Of a stretch of DNA of 64,000 nt, positions 26,366-40,180 are shown one piece after another. A program made the translations under genes and the position numbers. The stretch comes from Camelus dromedarius (lineage: Eukaryota). Numbering within the stretch: position 1 is the stretch's first letter; each line of letters opens with the position of its first letter. The stretch is from contig NC_087437.1 in the NCBI RefSeq assembly GCF_036321535.1, forward strand, positions 2,604,001-2,668,000. The letters run 5' to 3'. Below the pieces are notes generated by a model that saw only the letters and a list, made by a program, of their open reading frames with translations, was not told where the DNA came from and did no database searches.

Positions 26366-29300
26366 CCACCGTGCGTACACATATAAGGTTCTTTTTGGTA
26401 TTGTGTGGAGTCTGCACCAAGCTTCAGGTCCACTGGGCTTTATTTTACTTGATTCCATTCTGTGTGTGTTTCTGAGGACATCCCCACGTTCAGTTGGGTT
26501 AAGGATCAGTCGCCCTGGCTTGGTTTGGAACCTTTGGAGTTTTTGTTATCAGCAGGCTTGTTTCTGATTATGGCCTGGAGTTGAAATTACGATGTTAAAA
26601 TGCCTTGGACTCCAGAGTCATGTGCCATAGAACCCTCGGTACATGTGGGGGGACATTTTTGGAATGATCTCTCTCCAGGCTGTGGCACATGGCTGTTCCT
26701 GCCTGGCCTTCTCTCTCTGTGGTTCTCACACGTGCGATGAAGTCTTTGTCCCTCCACCTCCCTAAAGGAGTCAGAACAGAAACACAGTTTCTCTTCTCCA
26801 TGGGAGCCTGGATGGTCAGCCCGGTCAGTGTCTTGTCCAGGATTCCAGTTTAGCCAGATGAGCAAGTCCAGTGAACGCGTGTGACACGCTCACCTCGGTG
26901 CAGCCAGCGCCCCCAGGCCAGGAGCCTTTCCACTCAGCACAAGGGTGCAGCCTCCGTCCCTACCGCCCATCCCCTCAGCCACAGTCTGTCCAGCACGCTC
27001 CAGTCCTGTGTTTGTTCGCCTAAGGGTCTACGTTTCTGACAAGTACATAATTGATCCACCTCCTGTCTATTCTGTTTCTTTAATTTTCCAAATACCTCTC
27101 CATTTCCACGTTCAGATATTTTAATCCCATCCTTCCACTTCCCAGCACATCCACGAGTTGTGATGTTAACATAAAAATGCCAATTAAATCAGACGCACTT
27201 GGCATTGGTTTTGTTATTCTCCAGTGGGAGTGACCATGCTGCACAGATGTTCCAGACACGCCTGCGGCACGTCTCTGGTACCCAGACCACAGCCCCACCC
27301 CACCACCACTTGTGCTAGGGAGTTGGGGTCATCCCTTCCAATGCCTCTGTCCTCAGCGGTGAGGGTGGGGTTGGTGCAGGCTTGCTGGGCTGGTGCAGCC
27401 CGTGCCTCCTGTCACATCAGAAACAAGCATGTCTCAAGGAGCTGTCACGTGTGTCCGGCATAGTGTGGGAGAAGCAAAGTCTAGACCAGAATCCACCTTC
27501 ATCCCGCATGTCACGTATTGATGGAGCTTCTGCCACAGTGCCCGGGGCTGCTCTGGGCTCCGAGGGTACCAGGCTCACTGAGATCCCATCCTCATGTGCA
27601 GGAAGCTCGAAGAGTAAGACGTCTTGCACGGTGGGACTCCAATATGTGTAATTTTTTCCTGGGTGCCAAGAGGACAGGGCACCTCATTCGACCAGGAGGT
27701 GCTGGTAGTCAGTGAGCTGTATTTCCTGGATTTGGTGATTCTGATCTGAGACTGGAAAGATAAATGGGGATGAGCTGGATGAGAGGCTGGGGGAGAAGGT
27801 GGTGTAGAGCCAGGTAAGGGCTTTCCTGGAGGACGGGGCTGTGTGTTGAATGCCCCCCCATCACAGCCAGAGCACGGCCAGGCTGGGAGCCGTGGGGACC
27901 ACCGCCCCCGTCGTGCAATCAGCTGACGTGTGGCAGGGCCAACACACCCAGACACAGCAGGCACCTGGGCTCAGGTAATGAGCAAAGGTGACAAGGGGCT
28001 CCCAGCCACGTGGAGCTTCTCCACGAGGTGCAGATGGCTAGAGAGCACCACAGCCCACGAGGGTGCCTGGCGACGGAAGGCCTTCAGCCGGATCGGGTGT
28101 GGTGGGGGCCAGCCAGCAGCCGCGTGATACACCGCAGCCACTTTGCCAAGACCTGGGGAGGCGCACCAACAAAACCACCAACAGAGAGCCGCGTGTACCT
28201 TGGAGCCAAGAAAACTGGAGCACAGGAAGTCCATTCAGAGAACTGAAAGCGGACCCTGGGTCCCGACTTAGCAAAAATCATCACCGGTCCCCCCACAAGC
28301 TTTCTGAGAACAGTTTGCTGAAGTATGATCTCCACTGCCACCCGCTGGGTTAGCAGTTACTCAGGGCGGATTACCTGTCTTCCAGGTGAGCCCAGTTCCC
28401 AGACAGGTAGACAACCTCCAGGGCCTAATGCCAGCGGGGTGGGCTGGTGCGCCCATGGACTCTCTGCCTGCCCTGGATGCTGCAGGAGGACACTCTTGTC
28501 CCAGGGAGAGGCTGTAAGTAGCCTTTGAATATGAGAGAAGAAATGGGGAGGAGAATGGGGGAGGGATTCTGCAGATGTCACTGAAGGATGGGGGACCAGC
28601 TCAGTGTGGAGGGTGAGGGGCCAGAAGAGGCCCACAGAGGAAAGACAGAGCTTCTGGTCTTACTAAGGGGTCCACCAAACAAGAGAGGGGGTGGGGGGAA
28701 GGGCAGGACCTGCGAGAGCCTGGGCAGGTCTGGGAGCCTTCAGTATGGAAGTAGCAGCAACCCCCACCCCGGAAGAGTGTGTGGGGACAGGGCACGGCTG
28801 GGGGGAGGGATGCAGCCGAGACCCACATTCAAGGCAGGAGACATGCAAAACATGGAGGTGGAGAAGAACGAAAGGACGCTTAGAGGAAGCAGGCAGGAGC
28901 TGTGGCACATCACAGATGGAGACGGCGAGTTTAAGGAGGGGGAGTTGTCAGCCATTGAACTTAAGCATCAGCACATCTCGCTGGAGTGGATACTGTTTTC
29001 ATTCCCACAGCCCCAGGCTTGCTGTCCTTGCTCTGTGGGGTACGAGTGAGGAATCAGGATGGGCCACCGTGACTTTCCTAAGGATGGAGAAGCCGGGAGC
29101 GCCCAGGGATTCCCACGGGAAGCCCCAGCAGCCAGATGCAGGCCCCGGAGAGCCTGTGGACATGGATGCTGCCGCCGGGGTCTGACCACCCGCATGTGAC
29201 CTCCGACCTCCTGCCCCACACTCCAGTTCTTGATGGAGTGAGACCACAAAGCACATTTGCTGTTTACACCCAAGGACACCTACATGGGTCCCCAAGTTCC

Positions 29301-30736
29301 TCTTCTTCCAGGTCATTTGTTTTGCATTTTCAACTTCACTTTCTCCCTTTGCTGTCCTGATAAGAGAGAACGGGGGCACCGACCCGGTCTGTAGAGCCCA
29401 CTCGTGGTGACATGTCCTGCCCCCTGTCCCCTCCGTGCTGTGGGCGGGCTGTGCCCCACCGCTGGGAGCCAGTCCTGCTCTGGCGCATGAAGTCCTGTCC
29501 AGTTGGTGGCCGGGAGCGAACAGGGAGCAGGTCTATGAGTGTTTTTCCTTTGCAATGTGGCTGATTTCTCTTTTTCATTCTTTTGATAGCGTCCTGTTTC
29601 CTGTGTTTGCAAAATAAAAACAAATTTGAGCACGTGCTTTGACTGTTTTGTTGGGAAGTGGGAAGAGGGTAGAGAGGAAGTTTCAAAGAAGGAAGCGGGA
29701 CCCTGAGTTCAGCCGGGCAGGGGTGGAGCAGGGTGTGTGATGCACCCAATCTCAGGAGAACTGGAAATCAGATGCCTTCAAAGAATAGAAGGCACTTTTG
29801 GTTCATCAACACATCTTTCAAATCTAGCTAAGGAAAAAATTACCCAGAGTGAGTAGGAAGCAGAGGCATGAATCCTGTGAACTCGCAGCTAAGACTGACA
29901 TTAGTGGCTGGGGCCTGGACGTGCTTTCCAGAGGTAGATGGGCCTTGATTTTAAAATCCAGCTCTATTTGGTTAGAAACGATTTCTCTCATGGACCCATA
30001 GCTGCTCCAATTAGGCTGTTTTAGATGAATCACTAATTGAGATAATGTTTATAAAGAAGCGTTTTATCATTTACTGTCTTAAAATGGGACAGGAAATAAG
30101 CCAGAGGAGGTCAGGTGGCCCCTGGTGGGCAACTCAGAGCCAATTCACATGCCTCGCCTGGACATGGCCCCTGGTCCTCGGCCTCCCCCAGTGAAACGGG
30201 GGCAGGTCACTTACCGAATCAGAGATCAAGACCTGAGATGGCAAAGTGGGTGTTTATTTTATCTGCCCCACCCAAATTTCACTGAACTCCAAGAAGTCCG
30301 TAATAGCTCTCAAGGCAAAAAAAAGGGCAAGAACAGGAAGTGTGAGTCATTTCTGAACTAGAAGATGGCAGGTAGCATTGATTGAGGAAGCTGAAAATGT
30401 GTGGAGAAGGGGGCTGGGGAGGTGGGAGCTGGTGGGGAGACCCCAGGGCCCAGCAGGTGAGCGAGCAGGAGTGGCCGTGGGCGGGTGCCAAGGTGGTGGG
30501 CTGACAGCTGTTCTGGACGATGGTGGGGCCAGGGTGGGGTCCGGGCTCTGTCCTGCCCCCATATCAGTGGGGCAGTGGGCGGTGGGAGTCCGTGACCCCG
30601 AGCCCACTTTCTCACAAAGACGGTGCTCCGCATGGTGAGGTGCTGGGAGGTGGGCTGTTGGCATCAGTATTTAATTTAAAAACTGGGCCAGGCATTTTTT
30701 AGTGTACCAGTCAGTTAAAATATTCATAGTGTGTCT

Positions 30737-30988
30737 GGGAAGTCGAAATTTGTAGGTACTGACAGGCATATGTAGAATAGATAAAAAAAAGTTTATACCG
30801 TATAGCACAGGGAAATGTATACAAGATCTTGTAGTGGCTCACAGTGAAAAAGAATGCGACAGTGAATATATGTATGTTCCTGTAGAACTGAAAAATTGTG
30901 CTCTACACTGGAATTTGACACAACATTGTAAACTGACTATAACTCAATCAAAAATGTTAAATAAATAAATAACACACATGAAAAAAAA
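30737..30988 (+). mobile_element. Short truncated young L1 3' end
   Basis: Same 3'UTR family as above. TSD-like attcatagt(g/c)tg on both sides. A-rich tail. Confidence 0.85.
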
Positions 30989-33141
30989 ATTCATAGTCTG
31001 AGCTGCCATGGCTTCCCCATGGCCCCTGGAGCTCGATCCAAGGTTGTGGGGAGACCCTGTGCCAGGTGGAAACTCAGGGTCTGGGAGACATCACGAGCCA
31101 GCCCCCAGCACCAGCCGTCCCTCCCTTCCAAGTTTTCTCCGACACCAGAAGAGGCTGAGCCCGGCTTTCTCCTGACTTGCACTACACCAGCCTTTTGACC
31201 CAGTCGCCCCAGCTTCTCCCAGCTAAAATAATCCTTAATAGTTTGAGTTCTCAACTTCTAATATCCTTTGAGTGCCAAAGAGGAGAGCACAAAGCAGATG
31301 TGAGGGCAGTCCCTGCAAACATCACTGTCCCTTGTGACACCACGGAGAGAACCTGAGCTCTGGCCCTAGTCCTGGGTCTGCTGTTCGTTAGCTCCGTGTC
31401 TCCAGGCGTTTCAGTGATTCATGATCTCAACTATAAAATGGGGATTATACTCCTTGTTGCTTATACCAGGCTTGTACCAGGCACATTATGGACACTCAAC
31501 AAGTGTTAGAAATCCTCTGTTCGCCCTCATTCCACATTTTCCTGAGCAAGAGAAATTGAAGCCAAGTAGGAGAGAGACTTTGTGGATCCAAGTGGATCCT
31601 CTGCCCATCAGGAGGTGTGCCCCGTGGTGTGAGGGGAGCAGACAGGCTCTGAATACATCCCCTGTGTATTCGCCATCTCTCAGACCATGAGCCCGTCAAG
31701 AGGGAGGCCAAATGGGTCCCACACACCGCACCACCCACGTCACCGTACCACGTCTTGAAATGTTGGCGGGCGCTGCTCAGCAGCAGGTGTTGAGCCAATC
31801 AGAGCTCGGAAGGAGAAACCTCACCACCATCTGTTTCCCTACCATTTACTTATGAAGGGCGAGATCTGTGAGTGCCCCAGAACCAGCCATGATTGACAAG
31901 CAATATTTTGTCCCTTCACTTTACTTGGGTGTTTCTCTGGCGGTTCCCTGTCCCCTACAACAGTATTTTGTACTGTTTTAAATCTATATGGACTCATGGA
32001 CATTTAGATTTAAATGTCTAAATCAGAGGGGCTGTATCTCAGTGTCCTGTGCAGATCCTGCCTGAAGCCTTCCTGAAAATGGTAGGTGCAGGAACAGTTA
32101 TCAACACAGCCCCCCTCTCCCTGCACCACCAAGAAGGTGAAGGATTCCAGCTGGATTCTGGTGCATCTCCCTACTAGGAGACTAGCATTTGGGCTGCAGC
32201 CACGATGGTCTGGCTCTACTTCTATGAGGCAAGACTCCTGTCCTTGTGATGGTGCGATGAGGAGGGGCCCATGGCCCCCTTGCAACTGCAGCAGCAATGC
32301 AGGAGGCCTGCTCGGTCTTCCTCTCTGGACTCTGGAAATCACAAACAGTCCTGAAGTCCTGAAGTCCTGAAGCCTCTGGGTCATATTTGCCACAGACCCA
32401 GTCTGTTACTTATTGTGCAGGAGGAACAGGAGACTGTCCTACAGCTCCAGCCGTGATGCTGAATTACACGGGTGTCTTAGACCCGCGACACTCCTGGCAG
32501 TGTCTCCAAGCAATGCTCACCCTCCTCCTGCCTTCGTGAGCTTCTACACATGACTCTGCGTGTCCTCAACAGAATCACCCCCCAGACCTCTCTCAGCTCA
32601 GGTCTGCTGGAGACAAATTCTCTCCTATTTTTCTGTGTTTGAAAATATCTTTATTTTGCTTACATTTTTGCAGATATTTTTGCTGGCTATAAGACACTTG
32701 GTTATTGTACAATAATAAAAATAAGAATATTGTTGACTTAGAGCCCAAAGAATAAATAAATGTCCATGAGTCCATATAGATTTAAATAAAGATCAAATAT
32801 ATAAATAAATGAGGGAGGAGGGTCAACTCTTCCTCACAGTGAAATTCCAGTTAATAAATGTAGAGGAAATTAGGGAAATAGAAAGTCAGCATTATGACCC
32901 TCCAGCAATGATTGCTGTGGCCAAGGTGCACTTACGATACAAACTAAAATCAGAAAGAAAAAGAAAGAAAAAAATGAAAGGGAAGAAATTCACTATATTA
33001 AAAGCAAGAGAGGTTGAATAGAATCCAATTAATTTAGGCGTGGCCTTCAGTGAAAGCCAAGTGATTTGTGGAGGGAAACAAAATCAGCAGTGAGAGTTGG
33101 ATTATTTGAGTGAGAAGTCTATATTAAAAAAAAAAAAAGCT

Positions 33142-33703
33142 GTACCCCGGTGTTCAGACCAGCACTATTTACAATAGCAAGACATGGAAACAGCCTAAAT
33201 GTCCACTGACAGATGACTGGATAAAAAAGTTGTGGTATATTTCTACAATGGAATACTATTCAGCCATAAAAAATGAGAACATAACACCATTTACAACAAT
33301 ATGGTTGTCCCTAGAGAATGTCATTCTAAGTGAAGTAAGCCAGAAAGAGAAAGAAAAATACCATATGAGATCGCTCATATGCGGAATCTAAAAGAAAACA
33401 AAAGAAAAAGACAAATGAACATAAATACAAAACAGAAACAGACTCATAGACATAGAATACAAACTTGTGGCGGCCAGGGGTGAGGGGGATGGGAAGGGTA
33501 GATACTGACAGGCATAGGTAGAATAGATAAACAAGATTATACCGTATGGCACAGGGAAATGTATACAAGATCTTGTGGTAGCTCACAGTGAAAAAATGCG
33601 ACAATGAATATATGTATGTTCCTGTATAACTGAGAAATTGTGCTCTACACTGGAAATTGATGCAATATTGTAAACTGACTATAACTCAATAAAATAAAAT
33701 TTT
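33142..33703 (+). mobile_element. Truncated young L1 3' end
   Basis: ORF2 C-terminus + 3'UTR. TSD-like aaaaaa(a/g)aagct on both sides. Confidence 0.9.
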
Positions 33704-34267
33704 AAAAAAGAAGCTAAAATCAGTCGTCAAACCTTTAAAGGAAAGCAGGATATTTGCATAATTCAAAATATGAAGCACCGTGGAGGTTCGGTGTGGGTCT
33801 CTCCAGGAGACAGAGCTCAGGTACCTTCCCCCTAGCGTGATCTGGACTTGATGGCTCGCTTCCGAGAGAGCACGAAAGGGAGAACGAGAGACTGTGTGTT
33901 GCAGACTCTGGCAGACACCCCCACCCAAGGTCTGAGTTTGACGTCTCCAGTAATAAGGCGCCCTGCTACCCTGGTCCTCTGGTGTCATGTGCTGAGTGGC
34001 GGTCTTTCCAAAACCTGTAACCCCACTGTGATTGTGGGTAAACATCAGACAAACCCTCAGTGAGAGTCAGGCTATGAGACACCTAACCGTACTTTCCAAG
34101 AGCGCCAAGGCCGTGGAAAGCAGGAAAGGCTGAGAAACTGTCCCAGGTTGCAGGAGGCAAAGGAGGTCTGATAAAAAGTGTGGTATAAAATCCCAGAACA
34201 GAAGGAGGACGTTAGTGAAAAGCTGGTGAAATCCTAGTAGAGTCTGTTGTTTATTTAATAGTGTTGT

Positions 34268-34547
34268 CAAAACAGAAACAGACTCATAGTCATAGAATAC
34301 AAACTTGTGGTTGCCAAGGGGGTGGGGGATGGGAAGGGACAGACTGGGATTTCAAAATGTAAAACAGACAAACAAGATTATACTGTATATAGCACAGGGA
34401 AATATATACAAGATCTGGTGGTAGCTCACAGAGAAAAAATGTGACGATGAATATATGTATGTTCATGTATAACTGAAAAATTGTGCTCTACACTGGAATT
34501 TGACACAACATTGTAAACTGACTGTAACTCAACAAAAAAAAATAAAA
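34268..34547 (+). mobile_element. Short truncated young L1 3' end
   Basis: TSD tatttaatagt(g/a)ttgt at 34252-34267 and 34548-34563. Confidence 0.9.
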
Positions 34548-37500
34548 TATTTAATAGTATTGTATCTGTGATCATTTTTTAGTTTCAACCAGCCCTGGAC
34601 ACGGTCATTGCTCCAGAGCCCAGGCTGGCCTTCCGCGGGACAGGTCATCTGTCAGCCTGGTCACCCTGTCCACCATCCCTGATGGCTCCAGGCTCCTGCC
34701 CCCTCAGGAGGTACCCAGCTCCTTGGCCACCAAGTCCAATCAGCCTTCCCTGGGAAAGGTGGCGGAACTGGGTGGGAAATCTGGGGAGATGTGAGGAAGC
34801 CAGGAGAGCAGCACTTCCTCAGGACAGGACCCCGGCCTCCATCCCAAGATGAGGCCCAGAGAACACACATGGGGCCACCGTGAGGGCGGGGCCCCTCCTT
34901 GGAGCTTAGGGGGCTCCGGGTGGGGAACAGCAGATCAGGGGCTTCAGGACGGGGCTCCCCAGGCCAGAGAGAGAGCTCCCACTCAGAAGTATGGAAACTC
35001 GCCCAGGTTCTGAAGGGCTCATGGTGGAGACACGGGAGGCCCTGGATGTGTGACTTCCCTGGAAAGTCCTGCCTCTGGGCCGATTGTGGGGGTGGGGTGG
35101 GGGAGGAGTCATTTTCCTCCTTCCATTAATCACAAACACTTGGGTTTATTATTGTATTCTCTCTGACATCTGGCGCCAATGTTTATTTGTTAAAGGAAAA
35201 GAAACATTAAAACATTTTCTTTGTTACAAAAGAAAAGCCACATTCCAGGAAACACACAAAGGCTTTTACCCACCAAAAGCCTTTTGTAAAAGGGCACCCC
35301 CACCTGCTCCCTGCCCCCGTGAGCACAGCCCCCCACCTCGGACAGAAGGAAGAGGCTCCAGCAGCCCCAGCCCCTCTTGTTCCTCCCTTAAGACCTGGAG
35401 GAGGAAACAAAACGATCTTCATTAATAAACATGTCACCTGAGCTGGAAAAACTTCAACCAAACCACAGGGAGGGACCCCCAGCCAATTCCCAGTCTGAGG
35501 GCACCATCCCTGGGGCCAGTCCTAAATTTCATTCTAATCTCTCTCTGAACCTATTTTGTATGTGTCTCAGGAGTCACCTGAATGACTCCTGCATGATTCA
35601 CCCCAGGGATGACATTACGGGGTCAGGGAATCTGCACATTTGTATGAGTCAGTGTATATTGACAAGGTGCTCTCAAGGAAGGAAGGAAGGAAGGAAAGAG
35701 AAACCAGGTTACCCACCCCCAGAAAAGGCTGCTGGGCTTCTGGGTATGGGAAGAAGGACTTAGAGATAATGTGAGAAAAGTGTGCTTAGAACTTAGAGAT
35801 AATGTGAGAAAACCAGAAAACACACAGCCGCACAAGTGCACATGTGTGCACACGCATGCCAATTCCACTGCCAGGCGTGGTCCCTCCACCCTCCACAGAG
35901 CTCAGGCCAGCACCACAGCCATGTCCCCTGTGCCCATGGGGGGGGGAGGGTGGCCACAGATGTCCACTGAGCTGGTGGTGGGGACTGGTAGTTGGTGCCC
36001 CTGGAGGGGCTGGGGCAGTGGGAGGGTGGAGGCCAGTGGACCCTGTGCGGAAGGGGTCCACCATGTATTTGGGGACCCCGGGGCACCCTCCCGTGCCCAG
36101 GGGAGCTTACCCTCCACCTCCAGGGCCACCCGGGTAGTCAGAGGGTGTCTTCCCCAGCCTGTCCCCACTGGGCACTCTGGGGACCTTCACTTTCCCTGGT
36201 GCTTCCCGCACCAGGTGTCCTCAGGGGCCACCTCTGCCACCAGCCTGAGGAAGGAAGACTCAGACCAGCTCACACTTTCCAAACATGGGGCCCCAGGCAG
36301 CTCCCTGTCACTGCGTTTCTGTAGCTAACAGCCTGTGACTCAGGGCTGGCTGACTTCCCAGGCTGGTTTTCTTTTCCTTTTGCCATTAATAAAATCAAGA
36401 CAATCTGAAGGTGTCTCTAAGAGGTCTCTGCACTGACTTGTCAGCAGTGCAGACAAGGGCCCTGCCGGTGGGGCAGCACAGGCCTTCCCCAGAACCTCCT
36501 TCGTGATGCAGGCGGAGCCCCAGGGAGTCCAAAGCAAAGTTGGCCAGAAGGAAGGGCCGCACCCGGCATCCTCGGGAAGAGGGGCCCATTAGCCATCGGT
36601 GCCCTTTCCACCTGCCTGGCCCTGCACAACCCTTTCCTCCTCCTTCATCCCAGACACCCCCAAGGGAGGCAGAGAGGTGAGGAAAGGAGAGGAGGGCCTG
36701 ATGGAAAACAGGAAAAGGGGAAGCAGATGGGGCAGCAGGCGTGAGCTCAGAGGAAGGGGGACAATGGGCCTGGGAGGGGGAAGAAGGCAGGGCCTCAGGG
36801 GGCACCTGGGCCAACTGCCCTCCTGGGCTCAGTCCTGGCTCTCACAGCCCCTGGTTTCTTGCCCTGCGGCCTGGCCAGCCCCTCCCCCCACCTGCCCCCA
36901 TTCTCCCTCCACGATTCCAGGATCAAGAGGCTCACGTGTCCCCATCACGGCTCCAAAGGCCACAGGAGGGGAAACTCATCTGGACGTCCCTCTTCGACTA
37001 AGACCATCCCTAGGAAGTTCACGTTTGATTATGAAATTTATCCCCGTTTATAACTCTGGTCTTACGTTTTTCAAATTTACTTCTCTCACTGCATGAGACA
37101 TCATATACCCAGAAGTGTGTTTATGATGCCGACGTGGAATTCAAAGGCAACCCCTGGAGACACATGAGATGGGAGGCAATCTGCCATCACAGGGCTGATG
37201 ACCAGGCCAGTGGCCACCCTGGGCTGTGGGACTGCCTGTGGACCACAGGACTCAGGGACCCCAGCCCCACAATGGGGAGGGAGCCGGCGCTCTGATGCTG
37301 GGAGCATTTGAGAAAGCCCTCAGCTGGGTGAGGTGCCCTGAATTGACAGCACCCAGAATTTGATAGGGGCCCCAAAGATGTCTGCTGCCTGCCCACCTTG
37401 AGAAGAGAGACAGTCTCACCCACCTCGAGCCTCTCCCCAACATTGTCTGTAGTCTCACCCCATGTGCATGGAAGTCGTCTGATTTCACTTTTTGAGCTTT

Positions 37501-38174
37501 ATAAAGGCTTGTCCTGCATGTCTCCTACTAGCTGTCCTCACACAGTTATTGAGGGAGTTTAACGGGGAGCTGGAGGAGCTGAAACATCAGGTGGGTGGAG
37601 TGGGGCCGTGGGAGATCAGCAAGGGAGGAGGGAGCCACGCTGGGTGGGGCTCGGGACCACGGAGGGGTGGGGAGGTGGTGGCTGTGACCGCTGACTGACG
37701 GGCCCCCTGAGCAAAACATGGGAGAAGCCCTGGCTTCTCCCTCCTCCCATCCTCCAGCCTCAGCCAGCACCTCCCATTGGCCCAAATTCAAGGACCGCCA
37801 GTGGACAAGAGAGCTGGGAAATGCGGTTTCAGAGCACAGAGTGGAGGGGAGGGTGGGGGATGGGCCTGAGCATGAGCGGCCGTCGTCTGAGTTCACGCGC
37901 ACATCTGTATAGTATCCCTGCCTAAGGGACGCTGGGTGGGTTCCAGTTTTCTCTCCTGTAAGCCTTCTTGTGTGTGCCACCTGATTTACACATGCAGCAG
38001 GTGCCAGTGTCCCTCCAGAGGGTTTCCCAAACTTTCTGACCACAGTGTTTTCATGGTGACCCAAGGCACACACACAGCTGAAACCAATGCTTATGAAGCA
38101 ATACCGGCCCTCAGGGCGTGTGATGCTTGCTGCTATTTTCTACTCTTTTTTCTATTACTGTTGTTGTTCTGACT

Positions 38175-38228
38175 ATCATCATCATCACCATCATCACCAC
38201 CATCATCTCCATCATCATCACCATCATT
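38175..38228. repeat. (CAT/CAC)n trinucleotide microsatellite
   Basis: Direct reading: atcatcatcatcaccatcatcaccaccatcatctccatcatcatcaccatcat. Confidence 0.9.
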
Positions 38229-38339
38229 GCTTGCATCCCATAAAATCAATTTCATCTCTCACTAATGGGGTAGGCAGTTTGAAAACCGCTGCTCCAGGGT
38301 GCTTTTATCTAAGAATGGCACTGTACCAATGATGTGGCC

Positions 38340-39340
38340 TGTGTATCTTTAATTCGACTGGGAAATGTCAAATAGCTCTCCAAAGCAGTACCACCCCAGG
38401 TACCCATCAGCAACGCAGAAGACAGCCCCCCATTCTTACCAACAGGTGGTGGGTACACAGTGGAATCTCATTGTAGGTTTTAACTAGCATTGTTTACTAA
38501 CAGGGAAGAGCAGTTTTTCATTTCTTTATGAGCTGTTCCTACATCTTTCCTGTGCCATTTGTTAAGCCCATCTTTCTTTTGTGTCATTTGATTTTTTTCT
38601 TTTTTCAATTTGTAGATATTCTTTATGTATTGAGGATACGAATCCTCTGTGGCAAATGTCTTTTCTGTTTTAAGCTTGTCCTTTCACCTTCGTTTTTGTG
38701 TCTTTTTTATGAACACTTCTTTACTTGAGTGTAGTTGCATGTTTCAGTCTTGTCATTTATGGATGAATGTTTTGCATTTGGTTAAAGAAATCCTTCCTCC
38801 TCTTGTGATCATAAAATATTCTTCTATATAGTCAGTTTAAAATATTTTTCCTTTTATATTTTACATTCCTTTAATGTATTTCTAACTTATTATTATTTTT
38901 GTATCATGATCTGGGAGGATTCAATTCCTTCTTAAGTAACATTCCTGCACCATTTGTAAGGCCTATCCTCTCTCGCTGAGCTGTACTTGTGCAAATGTCT
39001 TTGCTTCCTTATCTGTGAGGGTGCACTTTGAAGCTTTCTACTCTGGTTGGCTAATCTCTTTGTCTAAACCTCTGCTGATACTACGTTGTCTTAGTTATTG
39101 TGTCTTTTAATACGTCTTGATACCTAGCAAAGCAGATTCCCCACCTTGCTCTTCTAGAATGTCTTAACAATTCTTGGACATTGTTCCATCATACAAATCT
39201 TGATTCACTTTGTGAAGTTCAAAAAAACTTTGTTTTGAATTGCATTGAGTCTGGACATCTTTATGAGGATTTGGTCTTCCTATTTCTGAACATGGTACTT
39301 CTCTCCATTTATGAATGTCTTCTTTGACGAATTTCCAGGG
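38340..39340 (-). mobile_element. Ancient L1 (L1ME-like) ORF2 fragment
   Basis: T-rich degenerate antisense ORF2 (gtggaatctcattgtaggttttaactagcatt; ttgaattgcattgagtct; tttctgaacatggtacttctctccatttat). Confidence 0.7.
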
Positions 39341-39744
39341 GGAAAGGATCTGATGTATTTATTTAACAGCTTGAATAAATAAATGGATTCAAAAGCTTGA
39401 AAAGCTGCTTGTGGGGTGGGTGTGAGGGTGTATTAATTCCTCAGCAAGTCCAGAGGAATCCTCTGGCCAAGAGATGCAGATGCTGGCACTGGCTTGCACT
39501 GGTCTCTGTTCACTGTCTCGGGGGCACAGGGCTACATGCGAGGAGTAGGATGTTAAAAAGGCATTCCCACAAGTGCAAGAAAAAAATCCACTTGTTCCAA
39601 GTCCACTTATTTGCTGCAGTGTGCTTTTAATTTTTTCACATGTGGACACAAATCAAAGATTTCATTTCTCATATTTTTGAAGTGACCTCCCAGGGAAAAG
39701 TATTCTTATTTGCCCCACTGCCACTGTGCCAGTCCAGTGCTCGG

Positions 39745-40180
39745 TGTGCTGAGTTGAATGATGTCCCCAGAAAATCCATGTCCTTCCAGAACCTGAGGAT
39801 GCGACCTTACTTGGAAACAGGGTCTTTGCAGGTATCAGTAGTTAAGGTGAGGTCATCACACTGGTGGAGGGGCACCTAAATCCATGACTGGGGCCCTTAT
39901 AAGAAGAGAGAAAGAGACACGCAGGGAGGATACACCGCGTAAGACAGAGGCAGAGATGGGAGTGATGCCCCTACAAGCCAGCGGGCACCAAGGATCACCG
40001 GCAGCCATCAGGAGCCCAGAGGGAGACCTGGACGGACTCCCCCTCATGGCCTCAGAAGGAGCCATCCCTGCCGACGCCCTGGCCTCGGACGTCTGGCCTC
40101 CAGCACTGAGAGACACTACATTTCTGTGGTTTAAGCTGCCCAGCCTGCAGTATTATGTCACAGAAGTCACAGATGACACA
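39745..40180 (+). mobile_element. MaLR LTR (MLT1-type)
   Basis: tgtgctgagttgaatgatgtcccc...gaccttacttggaaacagggtctttgcagg...gacgtctggcctccagcactgagagacactacatttctgtggtttaagc...gacaca, the canonical MLT1 layout. Confidence 0.88.

Larger units (their letters stand above)
32720..34590 (+). mobile_element. Old L1MC-type 3'UTR interrupted by two young L1 insertions
   Basis: L1MC-like motifs (gagcccaaagaataaataaatgtccatgagtcc; aaacatcagacaaaccc; aggctgagaaactgtcccaggttg; gaaaagctggtgaaatcc). Confidence 0.7.

Noticed and set aside
38087..38332. Poly-histidine ORF
   Set aside because: Translation of a (CAT/CAC)n microsatellite with no supporting exon structure.
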